A stretch of DNA of 55,247 bases from assembly GCA_030612665.1 (NCBI GenBank), contig JAUWNL010000003.1:1-55247 (forward strand), written 5' to 3'. The position numbers and the translations under genes are program-made. Source of the stretch: an archaeon (GTDB lineage Archaea > Nanobdellota > Nanobdellia > Pacearchaeales > UBA284). This document shows, one piece after another, positions 39,101-49,050 of the stretch (position 1 is the stretch's first letter; every line of letters begins with the position of its first letter). The notes under the pieces were generated by a model, which saw nothing but the letters and a program-made list of their open reading frames with translations, ran no database searches and was not told the origin of the DNA.

Positions 39101-41494
39101 CTAAACCTTCAAACTAATTATTCTACTGATACCTTCATGCATTGTGGCTCCATAAAGAGTATCTGCTTGGCTCATTGTTGCATCATTATGGCTGATTATT
39201 ATATATTGAGATTGTTTTATATGGCTTCTTAATAATGAAGAAAGCTTTTCACTGTTGTGTTTATCAAGAGCTGCATCAATCTCATCGAGAATATAAAAAC
39301 AATAAGGCTTGAATTCTTGAATAGCGAAAATAAAGGAGATAGCTACAATAACTTTTTCCCCTCCTGATAACGATGAGGCATCAACTTCTTTACCCTTTCC
39401 AATTTTCACGATTATGTCAACTCCACCAGAAAAAGGATCTTGTTTGTTTTCAAGTTCTAACAAGGCTTTGCCTTTATCACTAAGCTTTATAAAATTATTG
39501 CCAAACCCTTCATTAAGTCTATTGAAAGTTTCCATAAAAGAACTTTTCTTTTTTTTGTCTACTTCATCAATAATCTTTAGGATTTCATCTTTCTCTTCCT
39601 TGAGCTTGTTAACTTTTTCTAGAATTTCATCATATTCTGCCTTGACCTTATCATAAACCTCCAGGGCCCTGAGGTTGACTGAACCAATTTCATCAATTTC
39701 TTTTATAGCTCTTCTGAGTTTATTTTCAAAATCAAATCTAGTTCTTCCTTTACTGATTTCTTTTATTTTTTCTTCTATATCCTTATACTCTTGAAACTCG
39801 CTTGTGAAAGCCTCTTGTTCAGCATCTATCTTAGCTTTTTCAATCCTTAAGTTATTAACTTCATTTTCTATAATCTTTGCATTACTTTCCTTAGCAACAA
39901 CATTTTTTTCATGTTCCTTGAGTTGCTCCCCCAGTTTGCTTTTCTTTTCAAGGAGTTTTTGAAATTCCCCTGTAAGACGTTTGCCTACTTTTTCTTTATC
40001 AAATACTTGCTTTTCTTTAATTCCTTTTTCTTTGAGCATTTTTTCCACAGAAGATTTAATTTCCTGTTTTTCTTTAGTGCTTTTCTTTATAATATTTCTA
40101 ATTTTATCAATATCTTTTTTTGCAAGACTTATTTCAAGATCAATATCTCGCCTTTGAGGAATTTTTTCCATATCTATTGTTTCAAGAACTTTGTCAAGCC
40201 TTTCTATATCTATTTTTCCGATTTTTTCAAGCTTTTTACAGTCTTTATCTATTTCTTTGATAATTTCCTGAACTTTTGGGGTGAGATTATAAATATCTTT
40301 TTCATCAATAAGTTTCTGGAGCTCTTGACGATATCTCTCCATTTTCCCAATAAAATCAGAAATTAATGAAAAGTTAGTGGCTGCCTGCTTAATCTTTTCA
40401 ACTATTTTTTTAATCTCAGCCTTATAGTCAATAACCTCATACCCTTCACCCCTCTCGCTTTCAAGTTTTTCAATTTCTTTGAGTATAGAGGTAATTTCAT
40501 TATTCAAACCTATCATCCTTTTTTCTATGTTGCTGTATTGTTCTTTATAATGTTCAAGCTTAATATTAACAACTGCACTTTCTGATTTAAGATCAGAAAT
40601 TTGATTGAACAATGATTCTTGTTCAACTCCAGACGTGCTCTTTATATTTTCATCAATCTCATTTACTTGTTTTTTTATCTTATTAATTTCTTCTTGAATA
40701 ATATTGACTTTATTATTTTGTTTTCCAATAATTTTTTCCTTCTCTCCAATTTTCTTGTTGAATCTAGCTCCCAAATTTTCTTTTTCCCCCATTTTCTTGA
40801 AAATAAGGCAAGCCTTATATCTTCGAATAGCTTTCTTAAGATTTTTATATTTCAATGCCTGTGCTCTTTCTTTATCAAGATTTCTTAAGTAGGCTGTTCT
40901 CTGATTGAGAATGATTTCAACTTCCTTGAGCTTGTTCTCAGTCTTTTCTAATTCTCTAAGACTTCTCTTCTTACGTTCTTCATAGATACTAATTCCTGCA
41001 ATATCTTCGATAATCCCACGTCTTTCTTCAGAATGCATTTTAACAAATTGGTCAATTTCTGCCTGAAGAATTATGTTGAAACCATAAGGGTCAATTCCCG
41101 CCTGTGCCAAAAGCTCTAGGACTTCTTGCCTGGTTTTAGTTTGATTATTTATTTTATAGATGCTTGAACCAGTTTTCTTTACAATTCTGGATATTGCAAC
41201 TTCTTTTTCTGGCAACGAAAAAGTATTGTCAGAATTATCAAAAACCATAGTTACTTTAGCTTGTTGTGCAGCTTTCCCTTCTTTACCTCCATGAAAAATC
41301 AAGTTAGAGGCTCTCAAAGCCCTCATACTCTTAACCCTTAATCTTCCAAGAACAAAACAAATAGCGTCAGCTAAGTTACTCTTGCCTGCTCCATTAGGTC
41401 CAACCACAACATTCAAACCTTTTTCAAGCAAAAGATCAGTTGGATGAGCAAATGACTTGAAACCTTGAAGTGTTAATTTTTTTATATGTGGCAT
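39101..41494 (-). CDS. smc: SMC-family ATPase (short, 797 aa)
   Basis: GFKSF, GPNGAGKSN, VNLRA, LSGGEK, ILDEIDAALD, IISH. Confidence 0.9.
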   Translation of the reverse strand: MPHIKKLTLQGFKSFAHPTDLLLEKGLNVVVGPNGAGKSNLADAICFVLGRLRVKSMRALRASNLIFHGGKEGKAAQQAKVTMVFDNSDNTFSLPEKEVAISRIVKKTGSSIYKINNQTKTRQEVLELLAQAGIDPYGFNIILQAEIDQFVKMHSEERRGIIEDIAGISIYEERKKRSLRELEKTENKLKEVEIILNQRTAYLRNLDKERAQALKYKNLKKAIRRYKACLIFKKMGEKENLGARFNKKIGEKEKIIGKQNNKVNIIQEEINKIKKQVNEIDENIKSTSGVEQESLFNQISDLKSESAVVNIKLEHYKEQYSNIEKRMIGLNNEITSILKEIEKLESERGEGYEVIDYKAEIKKIVEKIKQAATNFSLISDFIGKMERYRQELQKLIDEKDIYNLTPKVQEIIKEIDKDCKKLEKIGKIDIERLDKVLETIDMEKIPQRRDIDLEISLAKKDIDKIRNIIKKSTKEKQEIKSSVEKMLKEKGIKEKQVFDKEKVGKRLTGEFQKLLEKKSKLGEQLKEHEKNVVAKESNAKIIENEVNNLRIEKAKIDAEQEAFTSEFQEYKDIEEKIKEISKGRTRFDFENKLRRAIKEIDEIGSVNLRALEVYDKVKAEYDEILEKVNKLKEEKDEILKIIDEVDKKKKSSFMETFNRLNEGFGNNFIKLSDKGKALLELENKQDPFSGGVDIIVKIGKGKEVDASSLSGGEKVIVAISFIFAIQEFKPYCFYILDEIDAALDKHNSEKLSSLLRSHIKQSQYIIISHNDATMSQADTLYGATMHEGISRIISLKV

Positions 41495-41539
41495 TTTTTC
41501 CTCCTTTTTTATTCCTTTATACTTCTTCGAGGCAAAACC

Positions 41540-41559
41540 ATTATTTAAAATTTATTATG
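41540..41559. repeat. 20-bp direct repeat, left copy (smc promoter)
   Basis: ATTATTTAAAATTTATTATG identical to 44433-44452. Confidence 0.75.
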
Positions 41560-41602
41560 GTGGAAAAGAAAGATATTTATAACATTTTACTTGAATACAT
41601 CT

Positions 41603-43189
41603 ATGAAAAAGTGGGGGATCTTTGGAATTTTGATATTAGTATTCCTTACAATTATTTTTATTAGCGGCTGTATTGAAGAAGATATTGAGAATATTCCTGA
41701 ATCTGAATTGCAAGAAATATGTGCAGGAGAATCCTGGCCTTCTGATGGTTGTAATGTTATAGAGGATTTACAAGGGAGACAATTATGTGAAAAATGTAAG
41801 GAGTTGTTAGGTTATGTAAAAACCGATGGTGAAGGCCCAGAAGGAGGAGTAGCATCTAATTCTCAATTTAGTCTTATTGAAGGTGACAGTGAAAGTTGGA
41901 TGGTAGTAGAATCAATAATTGGAGTATATGTACCAAGCCCAACATGGTTTAGATTTGATTATCTAAATGAAGGGCCATCTTTAAGATGCAAACAATTTGC
42001 AAACTTAGAAAATGCTCAAAATAATGTTAAGCCATTAGGTGAAGCAGTTGTAGATTATGTTGGAACAACAACTGAACCTTATTTATTTGAATTTGGTGAA
42101 CGAGGTACAACTTTTGTTAATTTAGTTGTTGGTGTTTTAAACTTTCCTCCAAATAATTATGCTATTTATCAGGGTGAAGCAGAAGAAGTACAAGAAGATG
42201 GTTATCCTATACCAAAAGAAGGCCTTGAAGCAGAGGCGATTTTTAGTGCTGATAATATAGTTCAGGTTACTTCTTTTACAGGAGAAGGATTATCTGCTGA
42301 TCCGGACTTTAGTCCAGATGGAAGACAGATAGCTTTTAGTAGACTTACTAAAACAGGTGAGGATAAAAATGGAAATATGTATATTATAAATATCGATGGA
42401 ACAGGGCTCACTAAAATCGGACATGAATATCTTTATGATCCTTCTTGGAGTCCTATTGATAATAGAATATTATGTTATGGAGGAGAAGATAGTGATTTAT
42501 ATATAATTGATTTAAATGTAGATAAAACAAATGCAGTTCCTTTTGGCATGAAAAACTCACATTTAGCAATATGGAGTCCTGATGCAACAAAGATTGCTTA
42601 TGCAGTTTATGATAATAGTAATGCACCTGTCCCATCAAGTGATCCAACTTGTGATGGAACAGGAGTTTTAGGTTCAATTTGGATTATGAATTCTGATGGA
42701 ACTGGAAAAACTCAATTAACAACTGAAGAAGAGGGTTATTGCAGTGGTCCATCTTTTAGTCCAGATGGCTCAAAAATTGTTTATAACAAAGGATTCATTC
42801 ATGGCAGTACACCTTTTTTAATTCACAGACCAGCACATGAAATTTGGGTAATGAACAGTGACGGCTCAAACAAGCATGCAATCTATAAACCAGAAGCTAG
42901 CATACATTATATGTATCAAAATGCTTGGAGTAAAAATAATGAAATTATGTTTCCAAGAATTTGGTGGAAAAGAAGACCTCAAATATGGAGTATAAACTCT
43001 GATGGAACTAATCCTCAATGTTTGATTAAAGTTCCAGAACTTTCTCAACCAGAAGATGCTGCTCATGAATTTATGTATGGCGATGTTGCCTGGGATAAAA
43101 CTGGAACTAAAATAGTATCAACACAAGAAATAAATCCAGGACCAGATATTTATGAGGATTGCAATATTGTTATATTTTCTTTAGAATGA
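41603..43189 (+). CDS. TolB-like beta-propeller putative lipoprotein
   Basis: FISG|C lipobox; PD40 repeats (PDFSPDGRQIAF, WSPDATKIAY, FSPDGSKIVY). Confidence 0.85.
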   Translation: MKKWGIFGILILVFLTIIFISGCIEEDIENIPESELQEICAGESWPSDGCNVIEDLQGRQLCEKCKELLGYVKTDGEGPEGGVASNSQFSLIEGDSESWMVVESIIGVYVPSPTWFRFDYLNEGPSLRCKQFANLENAQNNVKPLGEAVVDYVGTTTEPYLFEFGERGTTFVNLVVGVLNFPPNNYAIYQGEAEEVQEDGYPIPKEGLEAEAIFSADNIVQVTSFTGEGLSADPDFSPDGRQIAFSRLTKTGEDKNGNMYIINIDGTGLTKIGHEYLYDPSWSPIDNRILCYGGEDSDLYIIDLNVDKTNAVPFGMKNSHLAIWSPDATKIAYAVYDNSNAPVPSSDPTCDGTGVLGSIWIMNSDGTGKTQLTTEEEGYCSGPSFSPDGSKIVYNKGFIHGSTPFLIHRPAHEIWVMNSDGSNKHAIYKPEASIHYMYQNAWSKNNEIMFPRIWWKRRPQIWSINSDGTNPQCLIKVPELSQPEDAAHEFMYGDVAWDKTGTKIVSTQEINPGPDIYEDCNIVIFSLE

Positions 43190-44163
43190 AATCAAAATAT
43201 ATTGTGATTGGAATAATAATTTTAGTGATAATAGTTGGGGTTATTTTTATTATTAATCCTTTTAAACAAGAAGCAGAAACAGGAGATGGGGGAAATGGAC
43301 AAACATCTGAATCTGTTGAACCTCTTGAAGTAACCCAGCTCACTTCTTTTGAAAATGCTATTGACCCAGATTGGAGCCCTGATGGAAGCCAAATTGTTTT
43401 TTGTCGTATGCAGGGGCAGACTCAAACTCTATACTTAATCAATGCTGATGGAACTGGACTCACAGAAATTGGCCTGGGGTTTGACCCATCCTGGAGTCCT
43501 GTAGAAGATAACATAGCATACGAATTGAACAATCAGATTTACACTATGAACTCTGATGGGAAGGACAATTCTCCATTGACAACTGAGCCAAGCAATTCCC
43601 AGCCTGCTTGGAATCCAGATGGAACTAAAATTGCATATACTCATTATGAATCTGGAAAACCATCAATTTGGATAATGAATTCTAATGGAACAGAAAAAAC
43701 TCAACTTACTACAGAAGAGGATGAGCCATGTTCCTGGCAGTCTTTTAGTTATGATGGCTCAAAAATCGTTTATATTAAAGGACAAGTATGGTATCCTAGT
43801 TCTGAAAGATTTCCAAAAGTGCCAAATGAGATTTGGATTATGAATAATGATGGCTCAAACAAACATCAGATATATGCTCCAAGTGATACTTATCAGTGGA
43901 TATTCCAACGAGCATGGAATAAAAATGAGGAGATTATATTTGGAACATCTCCCCTCCAAGAAATAAAAATTCCAGAAATTGGGATTATAAATAGTGATGG
44001 TAGTAATCTTAGATTTATACTTAATCCTCCAATGGATTCTTTAGGTATGCCTGAATGTATTTATGGTGATACTGTTTGGGATAATTTTGGGACTAAAATA
44101 GCACTCACTAAAAAAATGATAGATGGACCAATCAACATCGCTACTGTTTCTTGGGAAGAATAA
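43186..44163 (+). CDS. TolB-like beta-propeller protein, paralog of upstream gene
   Basis: N-terminal TM; PDWSPDGSQIVF, PAWNPDGTKIAY; shares KTQLTTEE and EIW.MN.DGSNKH with upstream gene. Confidence 0.85.
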   Translation: MKSKYIVIGIIILVIIVGVIFIINPFKQEAETGDGGNGQTSESVEPLEVTQLTSFENAIDPDWSPDGSQIVFCRMQGQTQTLYLINADGTGLTEIGLGFDPSWSPVEDNIAYELNNQIYTMNSDGKDNSPLTTEPSNSQPAWNPDGTKIAYTHYESGKPSIWIMNSNGTEKTQLTTEEDEPCSWQSFSYDGSKIVYIKGQVWYPSSERFPKVPNEIWIMNNDGSNKHQIYAPSDTYQWIFQRAWNKNEEIIFGTSPLQEIKIPEIGIINSDGSNLRFILNPPMDSLGMPECIYGDTVWDNFGTKIALTKKMIDGPINIATVSWEE

Positions 44164-44176
44164 ATTAAAATATAAA

Positions 44177-44389
44177 ATGAAAAGAATATTAAAAAAAATT
44201 AATAAACCCCAAAAAATCTTCTTTGCAATCCTTATAGCTTTTGCAGTTATTTCTTTTTGGAGGGGAGTTTGGGGTTTAATGGATTTATATTTATTTCCAA
44301 ATGATTATGAACTAAGTCTTTGGATATCAGTAATGCTTGGTATTGGGATTCTTATCCTCAGTGGATACTCACTTAGAAAATTGATTTAG
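44177..44389 (+). CDS. Small two-TM membrane protein
   Basis: AVISFWRGVWGLMDLYLFP. Confidence 0.7.
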   Translation: MKRILKKINKPQKIFFAILIAFAVISFWRGVWGLMDLYLFPNDYELSLWISVMLGIGILILSGYSLRKLI

Positions 44390-44432
44390 AAAATTAATAT
44401 CCTCTCTTTTAATGTTTTTTTATATGTTTAAA

Positions 44433-44452
44433 ATTATTTAAAATTTATTATG
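44433..44452. repeat. 20-bp direct repeat, right copy
   Basis: Identical to 41540-41559. Confidence 0.75.
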
Positions 44453-44499
44453 CTGAATTAAACGATACTCTTTTATACTTCTTGTCCCTATTTTTTATT

Positions 44500-45054
44500 A
44501 TGACTTTAATAGATCTTTTGAGAAAGCATTCTCTTGTTATTGGTATAATCGCCATGATTCTTTTGGTTATAGGCACAATTGTCGAAGGCGGCTCATTGCT
44601 TCAGAAATTGCTTTTTGTGATTGGTGCACCAGTATTAGGATTTACTGCTTATTTAAATAAACAAAAAATGTTTATAACACTTCAAATAATTGTATCAATC
44701 GGCGCAATTCTTGCATTTTTTGGTGACATCTATACGATTTTAAGATATACTATTTTAGTTGGTAGTGCAATATTTGCGATTGGCTATTTAATAAAAATAA
44801 ATTATTATAAAAAAGATTTATGGTGGCCATTGGGAGGTTTAGGTCTTTTAAGCATAGCAGTAGGATTTGCAACAAATGCAATTGCTTTCCCAATATTGTT
44901 TAATTCTCTACTCGCTGCGGGTGGAATTTTAGTGGCTATTTATTCTGCAATTGGATTTTTCCATTTTAAGGTTAGAATCGCAGCCATTTGGCTTATATTA
45001 AATATAATATTTAGTATAAACCCCCTAAGAATCGTTTTTTCTCAAATTTTATGA
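44500..45054 (+). CDS. Multi-pass membrane protein
   Basis: About 7 hydrophobic segments. Confidence 0.7.
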   Translation: MTLIDLLRKHSLVIGIIAMILLVIGTIVEGGSLLQKLLFVIGAPVLGFTAYLNKQKMFITLQIIVSIGAILAFFGDIYTILRYTILVGSAIFAIGYLIKINYYKKDLWWPLGGLGLLSIAVGFATNAIAFPILFNSLLAAGGILVAIYSAIGFFHFKVRIAAIWLILNIIFSINPLRIVFSQIL

Positions 45055-45079
45055 TAGAAAATCAGAAATATATCAGAAA

Positions 45080-45775
45080 TCAGAAATCCTTGAGCCTTTT
45101 TTGCGTTTTTTTATTGACATGGTTCTTCCATGTCTGCCATGTCTTACGTACTATTCCAAGTTCAGCAAATTCATCACCTTGTTCTCTGAGAAATTTCTTA
45201 CAAAGCGGATCAGCAGGATAACCAGAACCACACTCAATTCCATATTTTATTTTTATTTTTTCAATCTCTGCATCTCTCGTTACTTTACCAAGAATCGATG
45301 CAGCACTGACAATAGCATGATTTACATCAGCCTTATGTTCACATCTCATGTTTATTTTCACATTTTTATTTTCAATAATGTGTTTCATCAAATAATCTTT
45401 CCATGATTCTCTATTAACAGAAGGGCAATCAATAATAATCTCTACTTCCTTTAGTTTTAGTTCATCGACTTTTTTCATAAGCAGATTGATAATTTCAGCT
45501 GCTTTTATGGCTTCAACTTTATTAAGATTAATTCCAGAATTTAATTGATGGTCTATTTCTTGTGCAGGGATTTTAATAATATAATGTGCAGAAATAAATT
45601 TCTTTATTCTTTTAGCAAGTAACTCGCGTCTTCTTGGAGTAATCATTTTTGAATCCTTAGCTCCTAGTTCCTTGAGGATTTTAATTTGTTTTTCATCTGC
45701 AAGGATTCCTGCAAGTACCATTGGTCCAATTACTGGACCACGTCCAGAATCATCAATTCCAATGAAGTATTTCAT
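45080..45775 (-). CDS. rnhB: Ribonuclease HII
   Basis: GIDDSGRGPVIGPM, KDSK, HKAD, VSAASI, GSGYPADP. Confidence 0.95.
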   Translation of the reverse strand: MKYFIGIDDSGRGPVIGPMVLAGILADEKQIKILKELGAKDSKMITPRRRELLAKRIKKFISAHYIIKIPAQEIDHQLNSGINLNKVEAIKAAEIINLLMKKVDELKLKEVEIIIDCPSVNRESWKDYLMKHIIENKNVKINMRCEHKADVNHAIVSAASILGKVTRDAEIEKIKIKYGIECGSGYPADPLCKKFLREQGDEFAELGIVRKTWQTWKNHVNKKTQKRLKDF

Positions 45776-46419
45776 TTTTCAAAAAATCCTCCATGAGTAT
45801 ATTTTCTATTTATGACTGAAAGTACTTTAAATTCATTAGTATATTTGTTTTTTCTTATATTTCCTTTCATTATTTTATAATCTTCTGTTTTTAATTCAAG
45901 ATTTTCCAAAGCTTTTTTTGGATTTTCTAAAAGCAAATTTACATCTTTCCTTTTAAATGCCATATAATCTAACCACAAACTTTTTGGTCTATAGATCCCA
46001 TTTTTTCCGCACATCTCTTGTATTATATCAAAAGAAAGAATGATTAAAGAGTCAATATTATCTAATAATTCTTTTTTAAGTTCTTCAATATTAAATCTAT
46101 CGGCAATAGGTTTAACTTTATGAGAGAAAAAAGCATAATATACTTCAGGATCTTTGAAAAAAAAATCCAATTGGCTATATCTCCCCTCTGCAAGATTTTT
46201 ATGTAATAAATATTGTCTTTCAAGAATTAGAAATCTATCTTTATAATGGCCTCCTTTTACTTCTACACATCTATGCTTATCAAAATCAGTTATGTCTATC
46301 TCTCCAACTTCTCGATTATTTCCTAAATGTGTTCTTTTTCCCTTGAATAAACCTTGGAATAATTCTTCAAAAGTTTCTCCAATTATTATTTTTCCAAGTT
46401 CAACTCCAATAGTGGTCAT
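45772..46419 (-). CDS. Hypothetical protein, possible PD-(D/E)XK nuclease
   Basis: E...IDITD...VEVKG pattern. Confidence 0.5.
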   Translation of the reverse strand: MTTIGVELGKIIIGETFEELFQGLFKGKRTHLGNNREVGEIDITDFDKHRCVEVKGGHYKDRFLILERQYLLHKNLAEGRYSQLDFFFKDPEVYYAFFSHKVKPIADRFNIEELKKELLDNIDSLIILSFDIIQEMCGKNGIYRPKSLWLDYMAFKRKDVNLLLENPKKALENLELKTEDYKIMKGNIRKNKYTNEFKVLSVINRKYTHGGFFEK

Positions 46420-46434
46420 TTTTCCTTAGCCAAA

Positions 46435-46510
46435 TAGCGAGGGCGGGATTTGAACCACGCGACCTCAGGGTTATGGGCCCTGCGAGCACTCCAGGCTGCT
46501 CCACCTCGCT
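46435..46510 (-). tRNA. Initiator tRNA-Met(CAT)
   Basis: A1-U72 pair; three consecutive G-C pairs in anticodon stem; CAT anticodon. Confidence 0.92.
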
Positions 46511-46562
46511 ATCACTATTTTAAATAAAAAGATTTTTTAAACCTTGCTATACTCTATTTAGC

Positions 46563-46811
46563 ATGTCAGGACCAGGACAAGGAAAATATCCTATTAAAGC
46601 AAAAGTTTATTTGCATGAAAAAGGAAAGAGCCGAGCTCGTATTACTCATATAGATATTGAAAGTCCTGAGATTGCGAGAATCATAGGAAAAGAGGCTACT
46701 TATTGTGCAGGCAAGTCAGGAGGTTGTTTTATTGGCTTGAAAAAAGAAATGATTAAAAGAGCTGAAAACATTATCAAGAAAAGAAAAAAGGCAGAAAAAA
46801 ATGAGACATAA
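46563..46811 (+). CDS. Small hypothetical protein
   Basis: 82-aa ORF MSGPGQGKYP... Confidence 0.65.
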   Translation: MSGPGQGKYPIKAKVYLHEKGKSRARITHIDIESPEIARIIGKEATYCAGKSGGCFIGLKKEMIKRAENIIKKRKKAEKNET

Positions 46812-47031
46812 AATTAATTTTATAAGATATGAAGGATTCATACTTGTTGGTTTTATTATAGCTATGGGCGCTATGATAAAGATAACTGGAGTTTATGATT
46901 TTTCTTCTAATTGGTTTTGGTTCCTCGTTGGAATAGGACTTGTTATTGAGGGAACAATTTCATTCATCAAACAACGCCGTTTTGATAGAAAGTTTAAGAT
47001 AATTGAGAGAAAAGGAATCAAGGAATATTAA
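46801..47031 (+). CDS. Small two-TM membrane protein
   Basis: Overlaps previous ORF; two hydrophobic helices. Confidence 0.6.
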   Translation: MRHKINFIRYEGFILVGFIIAMGAMIKITGVYDFSSNWFWFLVGIGLVIEGTISFIKQRRFDRKFKIIERKGIKEY

Positions 47032-47117
47032 CAAAATAGATTAACAAAACATATTAATAAAACATATTGACATCTTAATCCCAAAGTTTAAAAATTAAAA
47101 ATCATCTATTCCTGTAT

Positions 47118-47199
47118 GCCGGGATGGCCCAACGGTAAGGCGCAAGGTTGCTAACCTTGTTTCCGCAAGGATATCTGGGTTCGATTCCCAGTCCCGGCG
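47118..47199 (+). tRNA. tRNA-Ser(GCT)
   Basis: CAAGG-TTGCTAA-CCTTG anticodon arm; long variable arm; G discriminator. Confidence 0.96.
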
Positions 47200-47253
47200 T
47201 TTTAGAATTCTTAATAAACATTAATAATTAAAAAAGAAAAGATTTTTATTATT

Positions 47254-49050
47254 CTACCTGAAACCATAATGTTTCTTATGTACTGAAAAGTTGATTTCAA
47301 AGGGAAACTTAATCTTTTTTCTGAAGATAAATCCAAGAATTCCTGTTGCTACAATTACAGCTCCAACAATTATCCAAGCCCAGACTGGCAAGCCTAGCCA
47401 CCATTTGTTTCCTATCCAATCAAACTTAATTTTTTCTTCAATCCATTCTTTAACATCATTATATGCTCTTTCAAACCACTGGAAAACTATGAACTTAGAA
47501 GATTTTTCACACGAGTTATTTATACATTCAAAACCTAAAGCACATCCACAATCTTGGCAACAGGTTGTTGAATTTTCATCAGGGTCACAAATACCATCAC
47601 CACATCCTGGTCCTGTTCCTACAGTTTCTCCAGTTATCCTTTTATCAGAGACAATTACAAAATCACTGAACCCAGGACTTTCAGCTTCAAAGAAAGCGTA
47701 ATTTATTTCATCTTGACTTAAGTCTTCTGTATCAAGTTCTTCCCAGCCTTCCTTGTATCTGTTGAGATTAGTCGTATCCCTGTGATGATCATAGAAGAAT
47801 GATTTAGCAATAGAAAATTCTATATTAACACTTGTCAAATCCTCGTCACTAATTCCAGTTGGTTCTATCTGGAAATATTTGTAAACCTTATTATCCTCAG
47901 AATATTTTGTTACACCAGCAGTCGTAATACTAATAACTTGTTTTACTTTCAAACAAGTATTACTCAAAGCTTTATTTGGAATAATTGTAATTTTTCTTAT
48001 TCCAATTTCCTCATTATCAACTTCATAATCTATTGTTGCTCCAGCTTCGAGAATATCCCAACATTTTTCTTCTGTTCTTGGTTCTGGCTCTCCTTCTCCC
48101 TCGCCCTCGCCTTCGGCTTCACCCTCACTTTCTGCCTCACCTTCTGCTGGTGGTTCTTCGAGGACAGTGTAATTTGCAGTCACCCGATGAAAATTTCCTG
48201 CTCTATCAGTTGCTGTGAAGGTTGCAGTTTTTTGTCCAGCACTGTTTGTATTACATCCAGTTCCAGAACAAGTTATTTCATTATCAAGATTATCTGTAGC
48301 AGTGCAATTACAGTTTATGGATTGATCTATATCATATTCAGAATCATTTGCAACCCCCGTACTGGTTATTACTGGATCAGTCCAGTCTATGGTTAAAGTT
48401 CTTGTTTCACTTGAATTTATTCTTTTGAGAGTATCATTACAGGTAATATTCCAAGTATGGTGCCCTTCAGGAAGATTTGTCTGAAAAAAATTATTTTGAG
48501 AACCATTTAATAAAGGAATTTGTGTGGATGTTAGATTAGTTATATTTTTTTGTTCTGTTACATTCCAAGTCAAATAGCAAGTATGTAATAGAACATCTGA
48601 GGGAGTGTAATCAAATGAAATATTTGTTGAAGGTGTATTTAAATTATTTATAGGATCATTTAAATTAATTACAGGAAAAGTGTTATCAACTATGACATTT
48701 GTGCTTATATCTGAAGCTTCAGTATATTCATCAAGAAGTGCTGCTCTCCCAATTGCATTAAATGTATAAGTACCATCACTTAATTGGATAGAATTATTAT
48801 CACAAATAAAAGTCTTGTCTGTACTACTTGCAGTATCATTAAAACAAATAAGAGTCCATTCAGGATTGTTGCTGTAAAAAGATACATTATCAGCAATTCC
48901 AGTAATTGTTGTATTAAAAGTATAAGTTCCATTTATTACATCCTCATCTGCAGGAGCATTTAAGGTAATTCCACTAATCTCTGCAATTGCAAAACATGCC
49001 AGAAGAATTATGATAATTGTTGATGAAAAAATTAAATATTTCTTGTTCAT
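47254..49050 (-). CDS. PGF-pre-PGF domain surface glycoprotein
   Basis: Signal peptide; many N-X-S/T sites; Ig-like domains; VYKYFQI...AESPGFSDFVI; C-terminal TM. Confidence 0.85.
   Translation of the reverse strand: MNKKYLIFSSTIIIILLACFAIAEISGITLNAPADEDVINGTYTFNTTITGIADNVSFYSNNPEWTLICFNDTASSTDKTFICDNNSIQLSDGTYTFNAIGRAALLDEYTEASDISTNVIVDNTFPVINLNDPINNLNTPSTNISFDYTPSDVLLHTCYLTWNVTEQKNITNLTSTQIPLLNGSQNNFFQTNLPEGHHTWNITCNDTLKRINSSETRTLTIDWTDPVITSTGVANDSEYDIDQSINCNCTATDNLDNEITCSGTGCNTNSAGQKTATFTATDRAGNFHRVTANYTVLEEPPAEGEAESEGEAEGEGEGEGEPEPRTEEKCWDILEAGATIDYEVDNEEIGIRKITIIPNKALSNTCLKVKQVISITTAGVTKYSEDNKVYKYFQIEPTGISDEDLTSVNIEFSIAKSFFYDHHRDTTNLNRYKEGWEELDTEDLSQDEINYAFFEAESPGFSDFVIVSDKRITGETVGTGPGCGDGICDPDENSTTCCQDCGCALGFECINNSCEKSSKFIVFQWFERAYNDVKEWIEEKIKFDWIGNKWWLGLPVWAWIIVGAVIVATGILGFIFRKKIKFPFEINFSVHKKHYGFR

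Noticed and set aside
47028-47072. 13-bp tandem repeat TTAACAAAACATA-like x3 as a CRISPR or iteron array
   Set aside because: No spacers, degenerate and AT-rich; no cas genes. No CRISPR array was seen in the window.
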